From positions 1 through 64,000 of IMG/VR virus record IMGVR_UViG_3300025128_006599: a stretch of 64,000 nt of DNA. One strand, given 5' to 3'. Positions within the stretch are counted from its first letter, which is position 1, and every line of letters begins with the position of its first letter. The notes under the pieces were generated by a model. It saw nothing but the letters and a program-made list of their open reading frames with translations. It was not told the origin of the DNA and made no database searches. Made by a program: the position numbers and the translations under genes. The DNA is from a virus. This document shows positions 1-11,600 of the stretch, in pieces.

Positions 1-7
1 TATTATT

Positions 8-343
8 ATGAAAACACGTTCCGCCAAGAATAAAGGTAAAAGGTTACAAAATAACGTACGAGATATTCTTCTCGAAGCATTTAAAGACACGTTAGAAGAA
101 GATGATGTTAAATCCACCACGATGGGTGAGAGTGGTGAAGACATTCAATTATCACCTGCCGCACGTAAACTTATACCATATGCATTCGAATGTAAAAATC
201 AAGAAAAACTAAATATATGGAGTGCATTAGAACAGGCAGAATCCAATAGTGAAAAGGGTAAACCTGTATTAGTGTTTAAACGAAATAGAAGTAAGACATA
301 TGCTGTATTACAATTAGAGGATTTTGTAGAGTTGATTAAATGA
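8..343 (+). CDS. Holliday junction resolvase-like PD-(D/E)xK nuclease (Hjc-like phage type)
   Basis: N-terminal KGKRLQ helix, GESGEDI (PD-like) and FECKN (ExK) motifs; 111 aa; next to primase and recombination genes. Confidence 0.75.
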   Translation: MKTRSAKNKGKRLQNNVRDILLEAFKDTLEEDDVKSTTMGESGEDIQLSPAARKLIPYAFECKNQEKLNIWSALEQAESNSEKGKPVLVFKRNRSKTYAVLQLEDFVELIK

Positions 344-1125
344 AACAATATGATTACTTTGTACTTGGTGCATGTAGTTTTGGTGTGAAACCCTTTGATT
401 ATGATAATCCAAATAGAGTTACTTTTAAACAACTACCGGGTGAAGTCGAGAATGAGTATAGATTTTCTAAGTTATTGTCTGATAAGTTAGGTTGTGAAGA
501 AGTTAATTTATCTTTGGGTGGTGTATCTAATAATTACATACTGAGAGTATTGTATAATTGGATTTCAGAAAATAAACCAATTGATAAAAAAGTCCTAATG
601 ATGGTTGGTTTAACAGAATTGTCAAGATTTGAGGTATTCAGTACTTTGGCTCAACAATACGTAATGACAATTAATCCAAATAGTTTAAGTGCTAGAGTAC
701 CAAATATAATAAAACGTTTTTTAGAACTTACTAATTTAACAAAATGGGTTAGAGAAAGAGATATATCATCTTACTTTGAAATATTTTACAAATATTTTTA
801 TGATGAGGTAGAAGAAATAAAACAATTAAATAGAAAACTTGATATGTTTCAAAGTTATTGTGAAAAACATAATATTGATGTGTTTTTCTGTTCCACTATG
901 TTGAGTGATGTTAAGTTATATAACAGAAATGGTGAAGTTTATAAGAATCCTAATTTTAAAGATTTCAATACAAAAGATATTAATTATTTTAAATTCCCAA
1001 ATGATATTGTGAGTTGGAAAGAATACATACAAACCTATGATAGAAATTATCGTATGGAGCATCCAAACATATATGACCACGAAGTTATCACACCTTTATT
1101 GTTTGAATATATAGAGAAGTTATGA
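340..1125 (+). CDS. SGNH/GDSL-like hydrolase-fold protein
   Basis: LGACSF block I, NLSLGGVSN block II, VGLTELSRFE, C-terminal EHPN His motif; paralogous to 34353, 42266 and 46616. Confidence 0.55.
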   Translation: MKQYDYFVLGACSFGVKPFDYDNPNRVTFKQLPGEVENEYRFSKLLSDKLGCEEVNLSLGGVSNNYILRVLYNWISENKPIDKKVLMMVGLTELSRFEVFSTLAQQYVMTINPNSLSARVPNIIKRFLELTNLTKWVRERDISSYFEIFYKYFYDEVEEIKQLNRKLDMFQSYCEKHNIDVFFCSTMLSDVKLYNRNGEVYKNPNFKDFNTKDINYFKFPNDIVSWKEYIQTYDRNYRMEHPNIYDHEVITPLLFEYIEKL

Positions 1126-2042
1126 GTCATTTAGTAATACCAATATTAGACAAAGCATTGAACTCCAAAGGTCAAAGTCTTCGAAAACAAAATGAATATA
1201 TGTATTGGAGTCCATTCGTCACACACCACAAACCAAAACTACAAGTCAATATCCAAACGGGTAAATGGCATTGTTGGGTAAGTAATCAAGGTGGACATAG
1301 TTTATTTCAATTATTGAAACAAGTAGGTGCGGATAGGTCGGTATTTAAAGAATTGAATGAAGTAGTTGGCGGTACATTTTATTCCTCAGAGAAAAAGACC
1401 AATACTACTCAGGTATTATCATTACCAAAGGAAATAAAATATTTTGATGAAAGTGAATCAGTATTTCAGTTACATGCATTAAGATTCTTATTCAATAGAG
1501 GTTTAACAGAACAAGATATACTCAGATATAATATAGGATATTGTACTGAGGGATTATATCAAAATAGAATCATAGTACCAAGTTATGATTCAGATGGTAT
1601 ATTGAATTATTTTGTAGGTAGAGATTTTTATAGTGGTGGTATGAAATACAAAAATCCACCCATATCAAAAGATATAATTGGTTTTGACCTATATGTGAAT
1701 TGGAATGAACCGATAATTCTTTGTGAGGGTGTGTTTGATGCTATGGCAATTAAAAATAACTCAATTCCATTATTTGGAAAAACCATACTTCCTAAACTTT
1801 ATAAAAAAATAATAGAAAAAAAGGTAAGTCATATAATTATATCCTTAGACGAAGACGCGTTTAACGACTCTTTGAAAATGGCCAATGACTTTATGAATAT
1901 GGGTATTGATGTACGTTTCGTAAAACTTAAAGGTAAGGATCCGAGTGAACTCGGGTACGAAAAAATGGTTTCCGAACTATTTAATTCTCAGAGAGTTAAT
2001 TTTAAAGAACTTATGAGGATGAAGTTATATGGGAATACATAA
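1122..2042 (+). CDS. DNA primase (DnaG/T4 gp61-like, TOPRIM) with degenerate Zn-binding domain
   Basis: RIIVP...YFVGR, KYKNP, TOPRIM LCEGVFDA and LDED, KDPSE; N-terminal SPFVTHH...HCWVS. Confidence 0.9.
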   Translation: MSHLVIPILDKALNSKGQSLRKQNEYMYWSPFVTHHKPKLQVNIQTGKWHCWVSNQGGHSLFQLLKQVGADRSVFKELNEVVGGTFYSSEKKTNTTQVLSLPKEIKYFDESESVFQLHALRFLFNRGLTEQDILRYNIGYCTEGLYQNRIIVPSYDSDGILNYFVGRDFYSGGMKYKNPPISKDIIGFDLYVNWNEPIILCEGVFDAMAIKNNSIPLFGKTILPKLYKKIIEKKVSHIIISLDEDAFNDSLKMANDFMNMGIDVRFVKLKGKDPSELGYEKMVSELFNSQRVNFKELMRMKLYGNT

Positions 2043-2241
2043 AAGAGATATATGGGAGTTCGGTGAGGGATACTATAAAGTACATATTACCGACTCTGAG
2101 GCATATCAAAAAATAAAAGACTTTTTGGGAATTGTCCAAGATAGTTATTATAAGAAAAATGGAGAAATTTTTGCTTGGGACGTTACGGTTGCAGAGAAAA
2201 AGTTACCCAAAGTGAAAAAAATACTCAAGGAGTATTCTTGA
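2029..2241 (+). CDS. small hypothetical protein
   Basis: 70-aa ORF overlapping both neighbours in operon fashion. Confidence 0.6.
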   Translation: MGIHKRDIWEFGEGYYKVHITDSEAYQKIKDFLGIVQDSYYKKNGEIFAWDVTVAEKKLPKVKKILKEYS

Positions 2242-5200
2242 TACAAGAAAAAATAAAGGTTCCGTTTAGGAAACTTAAACACATACACCACATATCAGAT
2301 ATACAAATTCGTAATCTGAAACGACATAGAGAATACGAAGAAGTATTCAATGGTTTATACGAAGAGGTAAAAAACAATCCAGATAATGCAGTTGCATATA
2401 TCGGTGGAGATATTGCACACAGTAAAACCGAAATGTCACCAGAGTTAATTGATCAATTGTCTCGATTATTCAAAAACTTATCTGATATTGTTCCTACAAT
2501 TATTATCGCTGGTAATCACGATTGTAATTTAAATAATCTAAACAGAATGGATTGTTTAACACCAATCGTAGAAAACCTAAATCACCCTAATCTACATTAT
2601 CTAAAACGAACAGGAATATATACTTGTGCTGATACAGATTTTATCGTATGGGATGTATGGGATAACGAAAAAGATTATATCAAAGCTAAAGATGTACCTG
2701 GTGATAGGAAGAAAGTTGTATTGTTTCATGGTACGGTAGATAGAAGTGAAACCGATTTAGGATTCAAGTTACCAAGTAAAGTAAAAATGAGTATGTTTAA
2801 GGGATATGATTTAGGATTACTTGGTGATATACATAAAAGACAACATTTAAATAAAGAAGAAACCATTTCTTATTGTGGTTCATTAGTTCAACAGAATCAT
2901 GGTGAGGATATCGGTAAGGGTTATTTACTATGGGATATGGAAACTCTTAAATCCGAATATAAAGAGATACATAATGATTTCGGATATTATACAATTGATA
3001 TTCAAGATGGAAAATTACCTGATTTAAGTGATTTACCAAATAAACCAAGAGTTCGTGTACGAGTAAGTAATACGAAACCTGCTCAATTGAAAAGGTTGAT
3101 GACTAAAGTTCAGAAAATGGCAAAAATTCAAGAATCAGTTATCACACGAGTAGATGGATTATCAAAAGAAAAGATTCGTGATAATAAAATAAACATTGGA
3201 GATGTTAACAATCCCGATTATCAGTATGATTTAATTAGTGAGTATTTGAAAAACAATTATATTGTTGATGATGATACTATGATTAAGATTAAAGATATTT
3301 TAACAGACCTAAATAGTGTTATACCAGAAGCAGATATTCAAAGAAATGTACATTGGAAGTTAAAGAGATTTGAATTTGATAATATGTTTAGTTATGGAGA
3401 AAACAATGTAGTTGATTTTACTAAACTAAATGGTATTATTGGATTATTTGCACCAAATGCTACAGGTAAATCAGCATTATTAGATGCTTTGAGTTTTTGT
3501 TTATTTGATACTTGTAGTCGGGCATATAAAGCAGATAACATTATTAATAATTCAAAATCTACTTTATATTGTAAAGTAAACTTTGAAATTGATGGAGTAA
3601 ATTATTTTATTGAGAGAAGAGGTAAAAAGAATCTTAGAACTGGTCACGTTAAGGTAGATGTAGACTTTTGGTTAATTGATGATAGTGGTGATAAAATATC
3701 ATTGAATGGAGACCAAAGAAGAACTACACAAGTTAATATAAGAAAAGTGATTGGTGGATATGACGATTTCATATTAACTTCAATGAGTAGTCAGAACAAT
3801 TCTACCGTGTTTATTGATAAAACACAAAAAGAACGTAAAGAATTATTATCTCAGTTTATGGGATTGAAGATATTTGATACACTATATACTCAGGCAGCTG
3901 ATGATATTAAAGAAGTAAATACACTTTTGAATGATTTTAAAAAATCTGATTACGATAGTGAGTTGGCACAAATAACTAATGATTTAATTTTACTTGAAGG
4001 TAAGAAAAAAGATTTTAAAAAGGACGAAAGAGGATTAAAAAAGGAAATAAAGTCTGTACAATCTGAGATAAAGGAACAGACTAAACGATTGAAACACGTA
4101 GACGATAGTTTACAATCAATTGAAACTCTTGAAACAGAACATAAGAAGTTACAACAATTATATGAACAAGTCAAGAATAAACTTTCAGAATATGAAATGG
4201 AACAATTTGATTTTGATAGAGCATCAAAGGAAATAGAAAGTAAGATTGAAGTTTATAAAAAGGATAATATAGAAGAAAAGTATTATGAATTAGAAAAGCT
4301 TGAAGAAGAACGAGATTTGTTTCAAGTAGAAATTGATAAGTTAAAGATAGAAGTTCGTAGTAAATTAGATAAGATTGAAAAACTTGGTAATTTAACTTAT
4401 GATGAGGATTGTAATGATTGTATGACAAATCCGTTTACTTTAGATGCAATTGAAACTCAAAAAAACCTTGATAAAGATAAATCACTTGCACAGAGATATG
4501 TTCAAAAGAAACAGAAGATGGAAGAACGAATACAAAAACAATTTAAAGTTCGTGCGTTCAAAAAAGATTTAGATGATTTGGAAAATAAATTAAATGACAA
4601 ACAACGTTATCAAGATAATATAACATCTAACATACAATTAAATAAAGAAAAACAAAAAAATATAACTACACAATTAAATTTAATTACGACTAACATAGAA
4701 AAATCAAAATCACAAGAACAAAATGTTATATTTAATCAACAAGTAGAAGTTGAGATTGATAAATTACAAAATAATAGTGATGATTTAGATTATCAATTAG
4801 ATGTTGTTAGTGATAAATTAACTACACTTCACGGCGACATTCAAGTATTAAAAACAAAAGAAAATCAAATCAATGACAATATTACTAAAGTAGAAGAACT
4901 TGAAGATTCACATCAGGCATATCAATACTTACTTGAGGCAATCAAACGAGATGGTGTACCATATGATTTAATCAGTAAATCATTACCGACTGTAGAGGGT
5001 GCTGTAAATGATATCTTGGCACAGATAGTTGATTTTAATGTATTGTTTAACATGGATGGTAAGGTAATTGATACTCATATCGTGTATGATGATGATAGAG
5101 TATGGCCTTTAGAATTAAGTAGTGGTATGGAGAGATTCATATCATCACTTGCTATTCGTGTAGGATTAATGAATGTAAGTAATCTACCGAGAAGTAACTT

Positions 5201-5399
5201 TCTTGCTATAGATGAGGGTTGGGGAACTATGGATAATGAGAACCTAAACTCGGTTGCACAATTATTTCAATATTTAAAAAGTCAGTTTCAATTTACTTTT
5301 GTGGTTTCTCATATAGAATCAATGAGAGATTTTGTAGATACGTTATTAGAGATTAAGAAAGTATCTGGTAGTAGTTCAGTCAAATTTAGTAGGGACTGA
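2238..5399 (+). CDS. Mre11/SbcD nuclease fused to Rad50/SbcC ABC ATPase (T4 gp47+gp46 equivalent)
   Basis: Metallophosphoesterase motifs SDIQ, GGDIAH, GNHD, FHG, GDIH; Walker A APNATGKS, coiled coil with CNDC hook, signature SSGME, Walker B AIDEG, VSH. Start reassigned to TTG 2238 (AAGGAG upstream, TTGA overlap with previous stop). Confidence 0.93.
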   Translation: MIQEKIKVPFRKLKHIHHISDIQIRNLKRHREYEEVFNGLYEEVKNNPDNAVAYIGGDIAHSKTEMSPELIDQLSRLFKNLSDIVPTIIIAGNHDCNLNNLNRMDCLTPIVENLNHPNLHYLKRTGIYTCADTDFIVWDVWDNEKDYIKAKDVPGDRKKVVLFHGTVDRSETDLGFKLPSKVKMSMFKGYDLGLLGDIHKRQHLNKEETISYCGSLVQQNHGEDIGKGYLLWDMETLKSEYKEIHNDFGYYTIDIQDGKLPDLSDLPNKPRVRVRVSNTKPAQLKRLMTKVQKMAKIQESVITRVDGLSKEKIRDNKINIGDVNNPDYQYDLISEYLKNNYIVDDDTMIKIKDILTDLNSVIPEADIQRNVHWKLKRFEFDNMFSYGENNVVDFTKLNGIIGLFAPNATGKSALLDALSFCLFDTCSRAYKADNIINNSKSTLYCKVNFEIDGVNYFIERRGKKNLRTGHVKVDVDFWLIDDSGDKISLNGDQRRTTQVNIRKVIGGYDDFILTSMSSQNNSTVFIDKTQKERKELLSQFMGLKIFDTLYTQAADDIKEVNTLLNDFKKSDYDSELAQITNDLILLEGKKKDFKKDERGLKKEIKSVQSEIKEQTKRLKHVDDSLQSIETLETEHKKLQQLYEQVKNKLSEYEMEQFDFDRASKEIESKIEVYKKDNIEEKYYELEKLEEERDLFQVEIDKLKIEVRSKLDKIEKLGNLTYDEDCNDCMTNPFTLDAIETQKNLDKDKSLAQRYVQKKQKMEERIQKQFKVRAFKKDLDDLENKLNDKQRYQDNITSNIQLNKEKQKNITTQLNLITTNIEKSKSQEQNVIFNQQVEVEIDKLQNNSDDLDYQLDVVSDKLTTLHGDIQVLKTKENQINDNITKVEELEDSHQAYQYLLEAIKRDGVPYDLISKSLPTVEGAVNDILAQIVDFNVLFNMDGKVIDTHIVYDDDRVWPLELSSGMERFISSLAIRVGLMNVSNLPRSNFLAIDEGWGTMDNENLNSVAQLFQYLKSQFQFTFVVSHIESMRDFVDTLLEIKKVSGSSSVKFSRD

Positions 5400-5555
5400 T
5401 GTAATTACATTTCTCGGTTTTTTATTATTTTCCGTAAATAATTTATATAAGTGTTGATTAAGAATAGCAGAACATTTTGTTCTGTTTTTCTTTGCATGCC
5501 CTTTGAACCAATCCATCAAATCCTCATCTAAAGTGAAATTATATCTTTTTTTCAT
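5376..5555 (-). CDS. ribbon-helix-helix (CopG/BrnA-like) DNA-binding protein
   Basis: MKKRYNFTLDEDLMDWFKGHAKKNRTKCSAILNQHL: alternating beta strand followed by two helices; likely start ATG at 5555. Confidence 0.6.
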   Translation of the reverse strand: MKKRYNFTLDEDLMDWFKGHAKKNRTKCSAILNQHLYKLFTENNKKPRNVITSVPTKFD

Positions 5556-5584
5556 TTTACACCCTTTATACACATTTCATATAC

Positions 5585-5631
5585 ATAAATAACTATTGAA
5601 TTTTTATATTTTCAATATTTATATTCAATAG
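5585..5631. promoter_or_regulatory. divergent promoter region with TATTTAT motifs on both strands and a 9-bp inverted repeat
   Basis: ATATTTATA 5615-5623 (+), TATTTAT 5585-5591 (-), CTATTGAAT 5593-5601 / ATTCAATAG 5623-5631. Confidence 0.5.
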
Positions 5632-5654
5632 ATATATTTTATTTGGAGCAATAG

Positions 5655-8600
5655 ATGCCAATCACAAAAAGGTTTAATGAACTACAAGGTTTAGCCGATA
5701 TAGATGTATATTTTGAAGAAGAGGGTTTAAATTCTAATTTTTTCAATATCACAGAATTTCCTGATCCATTACAAGTAGGTAAAAATTCATTCCTTATCGC
5801 GGGTTCAGAAAAATTATTAAATTTTACAGAATTACAAATTGATATAGTTGATTCTGCTGGAAACTCTATATATCATGAACCCGTTCGAGAATATCTTGAA
5901 GGTAATATGAGAAGAATCTCAATTGAGGTATACGATACTAATGCACCTGGTAGTGGATTTTTACATATTGTTGGTGAGGCACATACAGAACGAGTTGATG
6001 TTCCAAATGAATGGCACGGTGTCTATAATGTAAGATACTCAAGACCGATTTCAATTAACACTACTCAAGTAAACACTCAACCAATATTTTTTTACAAACA
6101 GCCTAAAATTCGTGCCAGAGAAATAACTAAAGCATTTATAGACGAACTACCAGCATCTGCATCATATTTTATAACAGGTAGTGTAACCGTTACTGCAACC
6201 ACACCAGGTACTCCGATTAATCCAAAAGAATTTGATGATGACTTAGATGATAAAAATCCAGCTGTTACTTTTACAGGAGAGGACAGACCTGGTAAATTTT
6301 TAGATACGTTCAAAAACAAACGAGAAAACAAACGAATAAGTATTAACCAACCTACTGTTTTAGCTTTAGGTCGTGTATCAAGACGTGCTTCTCCAGAAAC
6401 ACCCACACATACAATTACAATACAAGGATTAGAATCTTCTCCAGAGAATGTACAAGATAAATTAACGAGTGCTTTTGTTGGTGGTAAATTAAAGATAGAG
6501 TCACCTCAAGTAGATGAGTCTACATACTTTATTGGTAGTAATTCACGAATAACAGTAGATTCCACCTACGTAACAAGAATTCAAGAAGTATTAAATTCTA
6601 CCACGATAATACCTGAAACACCTTTTGTTGCAGAGGTACACTCATCTCCACAAAGTGACAATAAAACTGGTTTTAAAGATCCAAACTTTACCGATTGGGA
6701 AGTATGGCCAAACCTTCAACCTACTGGTAAAACAATAGAGTCTTTGGAACCGAAAGATGTACAACCTCCACAACCAGATACACCACATATAGATGAAACA
6801 GGAGCGACTTGGTTATGGGGAGAGGTGACAGACCCATCGAGAATACCAAAAGAAGAAGAAGCGGGTGGAAACGCTAATATAAAATATTATGGTTGGAATG
6901 AATCAGGAAGTATAAGTCAGGAAGTAGCAAATTCTACGATTCGTAGAGAAACCGTTAGTATGTTACCAAATAATAATGTTACAATGTCAATTGTACCGAC
7001 ACCTGAGAAAAAATTAACCTCAACTTATCTTAGAAGTTATGCTGATTTCTCGATTATAAATATGAGAACATTTAGTGGTGATATTTTTAGAGTAAAGATA
7101 TATGGAAAGATAAGAGGTGGTTTAACTGATTTTGAATTGTTATATGATTCACCTATAGAATCACCAGAAATTTTAATTGATCCATTTAGTGTTGATGGAT
7201 TTACAAATGTTGGATATTTTTATACTGGTTCTGTTATATCTGATTATTGGGCATCTTCTTCAAATAGTGTCATAAATCAAAATGATGATTATTTAGTTGA
7301 TGGTGTATTGATGAGTGGTTCTAACTACGAAGTAGATGAAGAAGTTGAGTTTTTCACTACAGCATCTTACCAACTCGAACGAAACATTTCTTATGCAGTA
7401 GGGTTTGATTCCTATTATATAAAACAACCAAAGAAAGTTACGGTTACAACGGGTGGTTCCGAATCAACAAAAATAATAGATAGAGCAGAACTAAAGGTAT
7501 TTTTAAGTGGTTCTCGAGCAAAAGACGGAACAGGAGATATAGGTGAAGACATTTATCTTGGAAAGGTTAGTATTCCTGATGGCCCTGCAACAGATGAGGG
7601 TGAACAAAAGGGAGTTTATCAAATTTTCAAAAGTGCTCCTAAACACTTCCCAAGTGCTCAGTTAAAATTTGTTGCAACTGCAGGTCAATGGGTTATAAAA
7701 GATGTTAGTATAAAACCTACTGAGGAAACAAATTTTAGTCCTGATTATTTTAGAACTATAGTTCCACTACCCTTTATGCACAAACGTCCTGCAAAAATGG
7801 ACTTTTTGGTTGAGTTTTATGACGTGGATGGAAAGATTGCGGATTCATTTGGATTTTTAGAAAACTTTAGAATTGTAGGAGCACCACAAGTTATACAAGG
7901 TGATAATAACTTATTGAGTGGTTCTATGTATCTTGGAAACTTACAAGGTCAAGGTATCGAAATACACGGTGGTTCAGCCTATTTACGTTCTATTGGATAT
8001 GAAGGATTTGAAGCTACGATATCAAGTGGTAGTGGTGGATTTATGATATTTAGTGGTTCATTAAGTGGAAGTCGTGCCGATGGAACTCAACTTTTACATA
8101 CAACCGAAAGTTATGAGGGTGTTGGATTAGAGATGGTGGATGCACATGGTTCAGTTGATAGATATTTGAGATTTAGAACTAGTCCAAGTATTTTTGAAGT
8201 TGTAACTGATACATTCTTTTTAGGTAGTTCAACACAATTCCTTAGTGGTAGTAATCAACAGATAGAGATTAGTTCAAGTAATTTCCATTTACAACCCGAT
8301 GGTGATGTGGTGATGCAAGGTACTATTACAGCAGAAGCTGGTGGTACTATTGGTGGATTTACTATCAATTCTGATAATTTGGCTGCAACTGATTTTGTAT
8401 TGAATACAACTGATAAATCTCTTTCTATGGGTAGTGGTAATTCAATATTTCTTGCAGACGCTGATACAGGTATACAATTAGGACATGCAACATTTGCAAG
8501 TGCACCATTTAGTGTAACATCAGAAGGAGCTATTAAAGCAACATCTGGTGAAATAGGTGGATTCGGATTAGGTGGTTCTACTATTAGTAGTTCAAACAAT

Positions 8601-11600
8601 AATTTAATATTAAAAGATAGTGGACAAATCACAGGTTCAGATGTATTATTTACTGGTGGTAGAGTTGCAAATTGGGATATAACAGGTGATACACTTTCAA
8701 GTGTTAACGCTTCCAATAAAGGTATTATACTTGATGCGGATAATTCAACACCAATTATTGAAATTAGAGAAGATGATAATAATCGTGTACAAATATATCA
8801 CACCACTTCTACTAATTGGGGACTTAAAGGAATTTCAAATGGTGATACTATATTCCGATTAGGAGATACAAATCGGATTGCAGGATTTACTTTTACCAAT
8901 AATATTATGTCAAGTAGTAATTTACTTATAAACGCAGATGATGGAGAAATCAGAACTTCTAATTTTGTAACAGGTACAACAGGTTGGAGAATAAGTGCTG
9001 GAACGTTTAGTGGAGTAAATGCAAACGGAACTGCTGAATTTGAAAATGCTAGGATACGAGGTACACTAAGAACTGCTGTATTTGAAAAAGAAACTGTAAA
9101 TGCAGTCGGTGGTCAGTTATGGGTTGCGAACTCTACGGTTTTATCTGGTTCGGCATCTGCAACTGATACTGAATTATTTTGTGATAATGTTAGTGGATTT
9201 GTAAAAGATGAAATTATATTTGCGAAGAAAGTAGATGGTACTGGATTCACTAAAGAATTTATGAAAGTATTTTCACAAAGTCGTAGTGATGTTGATTCTG
9301 ATAATGACTTTTCTGGTATCTTACACGTTACTCGTAGTTTTGGTGGAACGGCTACAGGTTCTGCATTCTCAGTCGTAACCACAATCACAGAACCCATCAC
9401 AACAAAATCTGAAACTGAATTAACAGTTCAAGATGAAAGTCCATCGGGATTAGATTTAGTACACTCAACTATTCGTATCGATAGTGAAATAATGCAAGTT
9501 ACAGGTAGTGTAACAAATAAACTTCAAGTTGTTCGAGGAACGAATGGTACAGCTAAAGCGACACACTCAGATAATTCAAATATAGAGAAAGTGGATCCTG
9601 ATGTTGCATTTTTAATGGGATTGGTTTCACCAGCAGAAGCATATAAAGCAGGACAGGTATTGGTAAGTACTGGTAGATATCTTAGTGGAACGGGAGCTAC
9701 TTCTGCAGGAACTGGTTATATGTTGTTAAATGCAAATCCTGGTGATGCTACAACACCCTATATGGATTTCCATGAAAGAACTGGTAGTGGAATTTATGAT
9801 ACAAAATTAAAAACAAGAATAGGTGATTTGGGCGGCCTTGTTAATACTCGAATAGGTGATGAATTATTTAAAGGAAATAAAACTCCTGGTTTTGGAATGG
9901 TTAGTGAGAATATCTTCCTCAAAGGTGCGATAACTGCAACAAGTGGTTCTATCGGTGGATTAGAAATGACACCTGATAAAATATTTGTAGGTGGAATAGG
10001 AACTTATAATAACTCTGCTACCGCCTTCTTTGTTAGTTCAAGTGGACATTTCAGCTTAAAAGATAAAATCAGTTGGGATGGTAGTAGTACATTAACCATG
10101 AATCCTACTGAATTAAGTATAACCACTACAGGTACTAATAAAATTAAAATTGATTCTACGGGCACACCAAAGATAGCTATGGGTGCAACATTACCAACTG
10201 CATATAATAGTGGAACGGGTTTCTTCGTAGATGGTACAGGTAAATTTTTAGTAGGTAATTCAGGTGGTAATAAACTACAATGGGATGGTAGTTCAGTAAC
10301 GGTTACTGGTACTATCAATATAAGTAATCCAAGTGATATTGATATATCAGATATAAATAACGATAGTGGTTTTACAGATGATTCTACAGCTAATTCTGTA
10401 AATTCTAATTTGGCAGCTCATTCAGCATCTGTGAACGCAAGAACAGGTTCATTAGATACCTTAGAAACACGAGTTGTAATTGATTCTGATGGTATGTCAT
10501 TGAGAGATAGTGGTAATACTGTACTGGCTGATTACGGAACATCAATTCAATTAGGAAGAAATGGACAGGCAAGAACCGAAATTAGCGATACTGCTATTGA
10601 TATGTATGATGGAGCAGTTTCACCAGCAAAACGAGTAAACATTAATAGTAGCGGTGTTGTTACTCTTGGTGGTGATAATGGTGCTACCGATGATGCAATT
10701 GTATTGAGTCCAACTAATGGAGTAACAATTTATGACAGTAACACAAATAAAGCAACTATAACCTCTGATGGACTTAAAATATATGCTGGTCATGCAAGTA
10801 ACACCACTGCAGAGTTTGGTTCGGATGTTTACGTAGGATTACAGGCAAGTGAACACGTAAAAATAACAAATGCATCTATGGAATTTATAGATGGTGGTAC
10901 AACTCATGGTTCTATGACTGCTGGTGTTTGGACAATTGGACAAACTGCAAATAATTTAACAAGATTACAAATGGCAACTGGTTCACTTGATTTTATCCAT
11001 AGAGATGGTAGTGGACAAGATACACATACGTTATCAATGAAACCCGATGGAACGATTCAGGGTACTGATTATTTAATTGAAAAAACAAGATTATTTGGAA
11101 CTGGAGAATTTGGTAGTATATCTATAAGTGGAACAGGTACAGCAACTGCAACAACAGGCCCCAATGGAATAACAGGAGTTGTTAATAGTGGTGGTCTCAC
11201 TACCGATTTAAATGGTGGTCATATTTTTGATAGATTGGGTCTGACTGATATTGATGGTGCTGTTTACCGTGCAAGTAATGGTAGATTTTGGATGATAAAG
11301 GATTGTTATTTTAATGACTTAACACTAATAGGTAATTCAATTTTTTATACAAATGGATTTAGATTATTTGTCAGCGGAACACTAACACTCGGAGACGGAA
11401 CGGGATATGGAGTTATTTACAATCTTGGTGGCACTGGTACGAATGGTGGTGATGCTAGTGGTGGATCAGGTGGTTCTGCTGGTGCGAAAGGCACTGGTGG
11501 AATGGGAGCAGGTAGTGGATATGGTACTTTTGGAAATTATGTTTCAACACCATTTACCGAAGCAAATCATAAACCAACATTAAGAGGTGGTGGTGCTGGT

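Noticed and set aside
2175-2237. N-terminal extensions given by the ORF track (also at 31777, 44792 and 51201)
   Set aside because: They overlap upstream genes; downstream starts with RBS or stop-start coupling fit the domain boundaries better
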